Below are positions 26,631-33,779 of a stretch of DNA of 52,836 nucleotides, piece by piece. The position numbers were made by a program, and so were the translations under genes. The DNA comes from a virus. The notes beneath the pieces were generated by a model. That model did not search any database. It worked only from the letters and a program-made list of their open reading frames with translations, and had not been told where the DNA came from. The stretch lies in the IMG/VR virus record IMGVR_UViG_3300025738_000002; one strand, 5' to 3'. Numbering within the stretch: position 1 is the first letter of the stretch; the number at the start of each line of letters is the position of its first letter.

Positions 26631-27580
26631 TTTCTGTCTGCGTAGTTTTCTTTTCTAACCTGATCTCTTGATTTACCGGTTGTCATCATCTGCTGCTTTC
26701 TGAAACCCCGACCTTGGAATTCATACGCATCCATTTCGAATGTTGGAAGGTGGTCATACTTATTAGTCCAAACGGTTTTCATCGCATTATAAGAGTTGTA
26801 TCCATGTACAAATGACGCATCAACGCACACCGCTAAATTAAATCTTTCTGCATTGACAGCCATTGCAGGTGAAGATGTTGCGGCCAACAGGCCAGCGCCG
26901 ATTAATAATTTCTTCATTTTAGTTTCCTTTAGTTTTTTAGTTTGCTTAACAACAGGCTTAACCGGTGCTGCAGTTTCTTTGTTAGTTGATAAAAGACTTA
27001 GCGCAATCGTTGTCGCTATGGTCAGCAGTTCAATAATCACAGCGGCGGCCACGGCAATTTGTTTACCAAACTGGTCAGCAATGCTATCCGTTGTTAATGA
27101 TGCACGGGTATCAATAAGAGATGCTATATCGTTTTCAATAGATGCAGCCTTGTCGTTTAACCGTTCACGCTTGGTTATGTAGTTAACAGGCAGGCCAGCC
27201 GCTTGCTCTGTCACACGTTTAGCTTGGGTCGAAAGCATCTCTATGCGCTGATTTATCGCTAGAAACTCTGCTGATTCCTTACGATTCTTATCGAATCCGG
27301 TATCAACAGCGATAAATGACGCTGTAAAGCTCATGGCGATCAACAGTAGTCCGATTGAAGATAACACATAGCCACGCATTCTTTTGTCCGCCTTGAACGC
27401 ATACAGGACGATCATTGGAAGAAAGAATTTGATAAATTCGAATAATATGCCGATCTTGCCTAATGTAGGCGATAGGTCTGACATAAATTGATAAGTAAGC
27501 GTTCCGCTGTAATAAGCAACTACAGCACCAGTGATAAAGATTGACGCTTTTAAAAAATTAGCATTATGTGTATCATTCAT
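26612..27580 (-). CDS. Multi-pass membrane protein with a central coiled coil and a C-terminal domain preceded by a signal-peptide-like segment
   Basis: Three N-terminal hydrophobic helices, a coiled coil (AINQRIEMLSTQAKRVTEQA...), a fourth TM helix, then MKKLLIGAGLLAATSSPAMA with its own SD. Confidence 0.65.
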   Translation of the reverse strand: MNDTHNANFLKASIFITGAVVAYYSGTLTYQFMSDLSPTLGKIGILFEFIKFFLPMIVLYAFKADKRMRGYVLSSIGLLLIAMSFTASFIAVDTGFDKNRKESAEFLAINQRIEMLSTQAKRVTEQAAGLPVNYITKRERLNDKAASIENDIASLIDTRASLTTDSIADQFGKQIAVAAAVIIELLTIATTIALSLLSTNKETAAPVKPVVKQTKKLKETKMKKLLIGAGLLAATSSPAMAVNAERFNLAVCVDASFVHGYNSYNAMKTVWTNKYDHLPTFEMDAYEFQGRGFRKQQMMTTGKSRDQVRKENYADRNCARFL

Positions 27581-27640
27581 GTGTCAGTTTTTCCATATAG
27601 ACTTATTGACGTCATTATTTGCGCATGGATGCGCCACCTA

Positions 27641-27676
27641 AGCCCCGCGAGTCTGTTCACTTTCGGGGCTTTTTTG
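27641..27676 (+). terminator. Hairpin AGCCCCG...CGGGGCT followed by T6 (plus-oriented)
   Basis: A 7-bp GC stem, 16-nt loop and T-run on the plus strand. Its orientation is odd for this location. Confidence 0.35.
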
Positions 27677-27681
27677 TGGGC

Positions 27682-27719
27682 GTAATAAAAATGGCCCGTA
27701 TCCGTTAAGACAGGGCCAT
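27682..27719 (-). terminator. Terminator of the par operon (ATGGCCC...GGGCCAT, then T-run on the minus strand)
   Basis: A 7-bp stem. On the minus strand it is followed by TTTTTATT. Confidence 0.6.
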
Positions 27720-27752
27720 TATACACACATCGTGTGCCAAAGGTAAAGCATT

Positions 27753-27771
27753 ACGCACACACCGTGTGTCA
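27753..27771. promoter_or_regulatory. Palindromic box (ACGCACAC-ACC-GTGTGTCA), downstream of the par operon
   Basis: Member of the GACACAC-N3-GTGTGTC family. A degenerate copy lies at 27722-27739. Confidence 0.6.
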
Positions 27772-27784
27772 TTTTCTTATAAAA

Positions 27785-27803
27785 TGACACACACCGTGTG
27801 TCA
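27785..27803. promoter_or_regulatory. Palindromic box TGACACAC-ACC-GTGTGTCA (8-bp arms)
   Basis: Perfect inverted repeat overlapping the stop codon of the ParG-like gene. Confidence 0.65.
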
Positions 27804-28175
27804 CTTCCATTCTGTACTTGTTTCTTCTTCTATTAACGCCTCAAGTCCGATGGCGATAGCTTGGATTAAAACGCCATGCGTTGTATTTGGTGATATATTG
27901 CTATTTGCAGCAAACCAAGTTGCAACTTCATAATGCCATTCAGGGCAACGGACATTTGTTCTAGTGCCGATTTGAGGCAGCGCCTTCTCATCGCTCTTCG
28001 CCTGAAAAGATTTAGCTAATGAATCATCGCGCCAAGGATACTTAACAGCATTCTCGCTACCCTTTGAATCATCAGAGCCAAGCATAAAAGTGCTTTCTTC
28101 ATTAGTTAATTCGTCATCAAGTTTGTTTTTATTCTTCTTCTTCATGATTCCGTCTAACGATGGTTTATTACTCAT
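27801..28175 (-). CDS. Putative centromere-binding protein (ParG/ParB analogue of a type-Ib system)
   Basis: Small and charged, with a disordered N-terminus. It is translationally coupled downstream of ParA. The C-terminal TRTNVRCPEWHYEVATWFAANSNISPNTTHGVLIQAIAIGL is compatible with a ribbon-helix-helix fold. Confidence 0.5.
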   Translation of the reverse strand: MSNKPSLDGIMKKKNKNKLDDELTNEESTFMLGSDDSKGSENAVKYPWRDDSLAKSFQAKSDEKALPQIGTRTNVRCPEWHYEVATWFAANSNISPNTTHGVLIQAIAIGLEALIEEETSTEWK

Positions 28176-28810
28176 TTGAAAATAACCTTAAATAGTGATT
28201 CAATTTCTTCTTTAGCTTGTTTGTTTTTCATCTCGTAAACACCTTCACCAGTTAAAAGGCAATCACGATAAGCCTTACGATCATAAATATTAGGCGCTAA
28301 TTCGAATACATCAATTTGCTCTAATATTTCTCGCCATTGTCTATTTTCATGTTTATTGGTAACGGATGTATTACACATGTTAAGCATAGCAACAGCCCTA
28401 AGCTTCGGGTTTATCTCTGCCACTTCTTCTAAAGCTTCCAACATGTCCGGTATAGTTCCAAAATCACCCTTTGACGGTTTGAAAGGCATGACCATAACAT
28501 CTGCCACCATCATTGCTGATCTCATTTCATCTGAGTTACGGCCGGCAACATCAACTACCACATGATCATACTTTTTAGCTAGTTCAACAATCGTGTTTTT
28601 AATCTTCCCGTATTTCTGAACTAAGGGGATATACTTTAAATCGCTTTCGTTCTCTTCTCTATCTTCCGTCCAGTTAGACGCTGTTTCCTGCCTATCAGAA
28701 TCTAATATCACCAAGCTAGACTTCATATTGTTTTTTACATGCGCGGCAAGATTTACGCATATAGTTGACTTACCGCAACCACCCTTTCTATTACCAAGTA
28801 AAATAATCAT
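28172..28810 (-). CDS. parA: ParA-family partition ATPase (small, type Ib)
   Basis: Deviant Walker A LGNRKGGCGKST lies at the N-terminus when the start is ATG 28810. The track start at 28870 would run through the operator palindrome. Confidence 0.85.
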   Translation of the reverse strand: MIILLGNRKGGCGKSTICVNLAAHVKNNMKSSLVILDSDRQETASNWTEDREENESDLKYIPLVQKYGKIKNTIVELAKKYDHVVVDVAGRNSDEMRSAMMVADVMVMPFKPSKGDFGTIPDMLEALEEVAEINPKLRAVAMLNMCNTSVTNKHENRQWREILEQIDVFELAPNIYDRKAYRDCLLTGEGVYEMKNKQAKEEIESLFKVIFK

Positions 28811-28839
28811 GATCCAGATCCCATTTATTAACCATAACG

Positions 28840-28858
28840 TGACACACAGTGTGTGTCC
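28840..28858. promoter_or_regulatory. Palindromic box GACACAC-AGT-GTGTGTC in the parA leader/promoter
   Basis: Perfect 7-bp arms. It lies just downstream of a TATTAT -10-like hexamer on the minus strand. Confidence 0.65.
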
Positions 28859-28891
28859 AATGTGTGCCATAATACACTAAATAGAGGCGTT

Positions 28892-28909
28892 TGACACACA
28901 CCGTGTGTA
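28892..28909. promoter_or_regulatory. Palindromic box TGACACAC-ACC-GTGTGTAA at the parA -35 region
   Basis: Same family. It overlaps a TGTCAA -35-like hexamer (minus strand), 16 nt from TATTAT. Confidence 0.6.
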
Positions 28910-28983
28910 ATTTATTGGTGTTTTATTGAAAATAAAGATCTTGATCAATTATAAAGGATCATATAGGATGCGTTTTGAAGACG

Positions 28984-29020
28984 AAAAAAAAGCCGACTCG
29001 TTAGAATCAGCTTTTCTTTT
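28984..29020. terminator. Bidirectional terminator (A8, then GCCGACTC-GTTA-GAATCAGC, then TTTTCTTTT)
   Basis: An 8-bp stem with two G-U pairs, flanked by an A-run and a T-run. Confidence 0.6.
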
Positions 29021-30039
29021 CAATCGTTTTTTACCAATCAAATAACTCATTCTTGGTCGGATCGTTTTATTTGAAAGGTTACAAGCAGCGTATAGATAGA
29101 GCGCTCAAGAGGTGAGCTGAATTGTATCTATAAGATGTTTTGTCCTGTAATTATATAGACAACTCCTCTTTTAGTCCAATTTAGTTTCAATAAAACCCCT
29201 CTAAAAAACATAGATGCCTGATATTTAAGGTATTTGATTAAATGTTTATCTATCTCTTTTGCAATGAATCCTACAACTTAGAGTGCTTTCGGGGTAAATT
29301 CCCGACTGTAGAACGTCAGCCAGCAAGACCGGATGATTGGAAAAACGATATTTTGTACCTAACCCAGAATGAGCGGATTAGGAAACGCGGTTGCAGTCGT
29401 AGTGGAAAGCGTGAGGGTAGCCCGTGGTAACGATAAACAGAACTGAGCAATATTAATGGCCAGCCACGGAAACACTAGACATGCCACAAACTCAAAAACC
29501 GCTCACAGGATCGATGTTAATAGTATTAACAGACAGTACCCAGTGTGGACGAACGAGGTCTAGGGCATTTTAATGATGCTGAATCGTCCAACTGTTAGCG
29601 CTTAAACGACTAACAGAGTTCACTTACAAAAGTGTACTAATAGTGGCAACCTTTAGCTAAATAGCTAAGGGTAGCTACGCTATTGAGTTTTGGGGGCCAA
29701 TCGCCGTCTTTTAGGTTTCTTTACCAATTAAACTAACGCATCAGCGTTACGTTACGGACGTTGACCACGATGGCAGCCCTTGCAGTTTTGACAAAGAAAC
29801 GTCAAAGCTTCCAGTGCTCATTATCAAACATAGTATCAAATCGATACTATGTCATGCACTGAAATAGATGTGAGACTGACTGAGAGTGTCGTGATTTGAG
29901 TTTTCTTCCTCAAATCTAGGCGACACGGTTTAGGCAGTGGGCAAGCGTAGCGCTGGCAATTTTAAATCAAAACGAATCAAACACATACAACATACATATG
30001 TTTATTGTTTAGCCTGTTTTAGATAAAATATGCTATATC

Positions 30040-30077
30040 GATCACAAACTGATCTCGTATTCGATCAATATCTGATC
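30040..30077. repeat. Four GATC sites spaced 11, 12 and 11 bp apart (helically phased Dam-type sites)
   Basis: GATC begins at 30040, 30051, 30063 and 30074, within alternating TCGATCA / CTGATC units. Confidence 0.8.
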
Positions 30078-30120
30078 ACATATGAATATTAGTATATGAA
30101 CACTATCTGTTCAAATACCT

Positions 30121-30161
30121 GATTAATATTTACCCACAGGGGATATTAATCGATATTAATC
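30121..30161. repeat. Iteron-like 10-mers: GATTAATATT (inverted), then tandem GATATTAATC x2
   Basis: Read directly. They lie 90-130 bp upstream of ATG 30249 in very AT-rich DNA. Confidence 0.7.
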
Positions 30162-30248
30162 AATTTTTTTATTGAGTTCCTTACAAAATATAAACTTTCA
30201 AGTTATCTTATAAAGAATCACTAACCAACAAAATCAGGTATTTAAACT

Positions 30249-31283
30249 ATGAATCTAAATTCAGTGGGTATAACAGACAGGAAGGATATGCTGTGCAAGC
30301 TGCTTTTAAACAAGCAAACCATGCAGCAGATATTTAGAGAATTCGATAGTGAAGAATCATTGGCCAAGTTTAAAGATAAGTTTTTAAATGGGATCGAGGG
30401 CATTATTGATGAGAAGAACAAGGCCGAGTCAGACCGATGGAAGAAAATAGAAGAGTCAACAGAAATATTAAATCTTCTAAAAGAGCGCGGCCTAACCATT
30501 GACGACTTGCACTCAGCAACAAATATTAATCGCTCACGATGCTTAGACACTAAAATACCTATTCACAGAAAGCTAACCCATAAACTAGCCAACCTAGGGA
30601 CTCTAACAAACCCTAAGTACAATGGGGCGTTCTATAATATAGATGGAAAGCTGGTCAACGTGGTCCACCGTCTAGAACCTTCATCGCTTCGTAAAGATAT
30701 GGTAGCGGTAATAAATGCAACTGGCATAACTCGCAAAGAATTCATTCATAACGCTAAACAGTTGTTTTTAGACTTAGAGCAAAACAAAGACGGCGAGATC
30801 CGAAACCCGCCTAATTACATTCGTTCGCAGCAAAAAAAGCCAAAAATAACGCCTCTTATAGATATGGATTTACACTTAGAACACCACGACGACAACGCAG
30901 ATATTCTTAACTCGTTAGATATTGACCAAAGTGACGAGGGTGAGTCTCAACTGCTGTTTCTTGAGCCTAAAGAAACCGCCATCGTTGATCCGGTAGAACA
31001 AGATGAGCAAGTAACAAAACAAAAGCAGCTTACGTCACCACTCAAGCAGGTGATCATAGCGGACCTTGGTAATGTCGTTATTAACACAGATAAGAAAATC
31101 AGCCTAAAACTGCATTACAAAGCAATTGACTACATTCGCGCAGCCTTAAACGGCAAGATGAACTTTATGAAGCTTAAAGGTAGCGGACATTACTGCTTAA
31201 ACGTGGGCCAAACAATTCGCATAATCACCGAAGACAAGCACGATTTCCGCATCATGGACGTTAAAACATTTAATAAACTATAA
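30249..31283 (+). CDS. Hypothetical 344-aa protein (candidate Rep-like or toxin-domain protein; acidic central linker; RelE/ParE-like C-terminal pattern)
   Basis: AT-rich island. C-terminal KLKGSGHYCLNVGQTIRIITEDKHDFRIMDV resembles the RelE/ParE core. I can confirm no domain. Confidence 0.55.
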   Translation: MNLNSVGITDRKDMLCKLLLNKQTMQQIFREFDSEESLAKFKDKFLNGIEGIIDEKNKAESDRWKKIEESTEILNLLKERGLTIDDLHSATNINRSRCLDTKIPIHRKLTHKLANLGTLTNPKYNGAFYNIDGKLVNVVHRLEPSSLRKDMVAVINATGITRKEFIHNAKQLFLDLEQNKDGEIRNPPNYIRSQQKKPKITPLIDMDLHLEHHDDNADILNSLDIDQSDEGESQLLFLEPKETAIVDPVEQDEQVTKQKQLTSPLKQVIIADLGNVVINTDKKISLKLHYKAIDYIRAALNGKMNFMKLKGSGHYCLNVGQTIRIITEDKHDFRIMDVKTFNKL

Positions 31284-31376
31284 ATGCTATTTTGATGCTT
31301 GGAGTAATTTATTTTGATTCCCTATGTTTGTATGGTATATATATAGACATTAGGGCTTCAAAATTAGGTTTTTATA

Positions 31377-32888
31377 ATGGAAAACAACATAATTCTCTAC
31401 AGGTCTTTTGTAGACGGATCGAACATCTCTAAGAAAGAATCAGAGTGGGTTAAGAATTCCGGCTTTGAAAACTTGGGTATTTCGAGGAGGGTAAATAGAT
31501 ACTGCCTCGATTCATTAATATGTATAAAAACATTTATCTATGAGCATTTATTAGAACCTATCACCTTAACCATCTTGATTAGCGAGATGAACTGTATTGA
31601 AAAGCATGACGCATCAAAGGTTTACGAAGAGCTTAAGTTGCTAATAGGAACAGGGGTTAAATTCTCAATCGTAGGTAATGAGACTATATACTCTAGAGAA
31701 AATATATCCGAAGCGATGAATCTCGTCTTGTGCATGTTCGAGCTTTGGGAAGCTAAAAGCGAATCAATCAAAAAATCAAATTCAGCAACTAAGATATGGA
31801 GTAAGAAAAGGGAACTTATAGAGAGGGGAGAAAAGCCAAAGCTCAAAAGTCCGTCATGGTTCTCTTATGACGATATTAATAAAAAATATATTTTAAATGA
31901 TTTATCTGTGTCAGTTAAATTATGCTTTGAAAAGTACCTAGAAACTAAATCAATGTCTGCAACCGCAAAGCTCCTTAATAAGTTAAATGTTAAGACTTTA
32001 GGGTCAGCTAAAGCGTGGGGCCAAACATCAGTTAGGCAGGTTTTAATTAGCCAATCATCATACGGCCTGCTTGAAGCTAGGACATTTCAGTACGATAATT
32101 TTTATCCAGCCGTCATTTCAAAAGAGCTATTTTATTTGGTTCAAGCTGAAATTAAAAAGCGGTCAACAAAAAACACCGAGCCAATAAAGGCAAATTTAAA
32201 GACGGCAAACCTGTTAACTAAGATCGCAAAATGTGGGGTTTGTGGCTCAAGCATATTCATGCACGGAAAAAGAAAAGAGATACTAAATGGCACCATTCAG
32301 GATTATCGATATCTCAATTGTTCTAGCCGTAAATACCATGACAAAAAATGTTCACTGCCTAGCTTTAGATATAAATACGTTGAGGCAATAGTCATCGTTA
32401 TAGCTGGACTGCTTGATAAAATGCCAACGCAAAACGAAACTATTGAACGTGTCGGATACCTTCAAGGTAGGCTGATGGCATTAAAAGAAAGTAAACGATT
32501 ACTAGAGTCTAAAATAGAAACTCTCACCGAAATAATATCAGAATTACCGAGTGATATTATCAAAGAGAAATTAAGAACTAACAGCATGGAATTAGAGGTC
32601 GCTGGCGATGAAATAAGCGAGGTTAAGCAGGAGATATCTGTAATAAATCAGGTTGGTGGCCGTGAAGATCTGTATAAGAAAATCACCGAGCTATCTAAAG
32701 ATTTAACCATTGATGATAATCGAGCGGAATTCATTATTAACCTGTCAAAGATATTTGATATCTGCAATTTTAACGAAGATGGTTCCATTTATATTCAGTC
32801 TATGAAAAATGAGATTAGAGTCAATAAAACCAAGGGCGACGTTAAAATTAACACCCCTGAATTTGAGCTGTCGGTTCACGTATCTTAA
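31377..32888 (+). CDS. Large-serine-recombinase-like protein with apparently degenerate catalytic motifs
   Basis: Recombinase-domain pattern (SMSATAKLLNKLNVKTLGSAKAWGQTSVRQVLISQSSYG), zinc-ribbon (CGVCGSS...YRYLNCSSRKYHDKKC) and coiled coil are present. The N-terminus has YRS instead of Y-x-R-x-S, and NCIEK where DRLxR is expected. Confidence 0.65.
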   Translation: MENNIILYRSFVDGSNISKKESEWVKNSGFENLGISRRVNRYCLDSLICIKTFIYEHLLEPITLTILISEMNCIEKHDASKVYEELKLLIGTGVKFSIVGNETIYSRENISEAMNLVLCMFELWEAKSESIKKSNSATKIWSKKRELIERGEKPKLKSPSWFSYDDINKKYILNDLSVSVKLCFEKYLETKSMSATAKLLNKLNVKTLGSAKAWGQTSVRQVLISQSSYGLLEARTFQYDNFYPAVISKELFYLVQAEIKKRSTKNTEPIKANLKTANLLTKIAKCGVCGSSIFMHGKRKEILNGTIQDYRYLNCSSRKYHDKKCSLPSFRYKYVEAIVIVIAGLLDKMPTQNETIERVGYLQGRLMALKESKRLLESKIETLTEIISELPSDIIKEKLRTNSMELEVAGDEISEVKQEISVINQVGGREDLYKKITELSKDLTIDDNRAEFIINLSKIFDICNFNEDGSIYIQSMKNEIRVNKTKGDVKINTPEFELSVHVS

Positions 32889-33053
32889 TAATTAACCTTG
32901 TTTGAACATCTTTAATCCTGCAGTCTGTATTCAGATTTATGGATAGGTGTTCTTTTAAAATATGGATTGTTACTCAGAAAATGACGAGGTGATCATAGAA
33001 CACCTCAACGTAAAAATTAAGATTATCGACTTTAAAATTAAATAAGCACCACT

Positions 33054-33083
33054 AACCAGTAACTCACGTTACTGGTTTTTTTG
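33054..33083 (+). terminator. Strong terminator AACCAGTAAC-TCAC-GTTACTGGTT followed by T7
   Basis: Perfect 10-bp stem and T-run. Confidence 0.85.
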
Positions 33084-33121
33084 TCGGTTTAAATCAGTTA
33101 CCAAAATTACACGGGAGTTAA

Positions 33122-33775
33122 ATGGCTGTACTAGCGTTAATAATTGGCGGCTCTGGCAGTGGTAAGAGTGCGTCATTAAGAAATCAAGATGCCAAACACT
33201 CACTACTAATTCAGCCTAACAAGGGTAAGTCACTGCCCTTTAAATCTGCAGAGTGGCGTAAGAAGTTCAACTCAAAAAACACAGCTGGTTCGCTATACAT
33301 CAGCGACAACTACGCAATGATACACAAGGTTATCGACGCTGCAGTTAAGGCCGGTAAGAAGACGATCATCGTGGATGATTCAAACTACTTCATGCAAAAC
33401 GAATCACTACGTCGTGTCGATGAAACTGGCTACACCAAGTTCACTGCTATGGCCAAGAGCTATATAGGCTTAATCGAGCATTGCAGCTCATTATCTGACG
33501 ATGTGACTGTTTATATTATGTCGCATATCCAAGAAGATGATCACGGTAATATCAAACCTAAAACAGTTGGTAAGTTGATTGATAATCAAGTCTGCCTTGA
33601 GGGTTTATTTACTATCGTGTTCCGTTGTTACGAACGTGATGGAAAGCATTACTTTAGCACCAAAACGAACGGCCTAGACTGCGTTAAGACGCCGATGGGT
33701 ATGTTTGAAGACGAAGAGATAGACAACGATTTAGCGGCAGTTGATGCCATCATTAGAGAATACGAAGGAATATAA
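33122..33775 (+). CDS. P-loop ATPase, Sak4/AAA_24-like recombination protein
   Basis: Walker A IIGGSGSGKS and Walker B TIIVDD. Paired with a downstream SSB-like gene. Confidence 0.55.
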   Translation: MAVLALIIGGSGSGKSASLRNQDAKHSLLIQPNKGKSLPFKSAEWRKKFNSKNTAGSLYISDNYAMIHKVIDAAVKAGKKTIIVDDSNYFMQNESLRRVDETGYTKFTAMAKSYIGLIEHCSSLSDDVTVYIMSHIQEDDHGNIKPKTVGKLIDNQVCLEGLFTIVFRCYERDGKHYFSTKTNGLDCVKTPMGMFEDEEIDNDLAAVDAIIREYEGI

Positions 33776-33779
33776 TTAA

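Larger units (their letters stand above)
29012..30248. other. ORF-free, hairpin-dense block (candidate structured RNA and/or plasmid-type origin/control region)
   Basis: The only track ORF is a weak 62-aa one. There are at least six strong hairpins at 29593-29926, plus GATC phasing and iteron-like repeats at 30040-30161. Confidence 0.5.

Noticed and set aside
28811-28870. N-terminal extension of ParA (MAHIGHTLCVTLWLINGIWI)
   Set aside because: The extension is encoded by the operator palindrome and promoter region. Type-Ib ParA proteins begin a few residues before the KGGxGKS Walker A, which fits ATG 28810.
29242-29430. 62-aa ORF (MFIYLFCNESYNLECFRGKF...), the only track ORF inside the 29.0-30.2 kb gap
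   Set aside because: It has no convincing RBS and an odd Cys/Arg-rich composition. It lies in a hairpin-dense stretch that looks more like RNA or regulatory DNA. I treat it as non-coding, but it cannot be fully excluded.
32962-33045. 27-aa ORF (MDCYSENDEVIIEHLNVKIKIIDFKIK) between the recombinase-like gene and the strong terminator
   Set aside because: It is too short and has no clear RBS. I noted it only because the surrounding 230 bp is otherwise unassigned.
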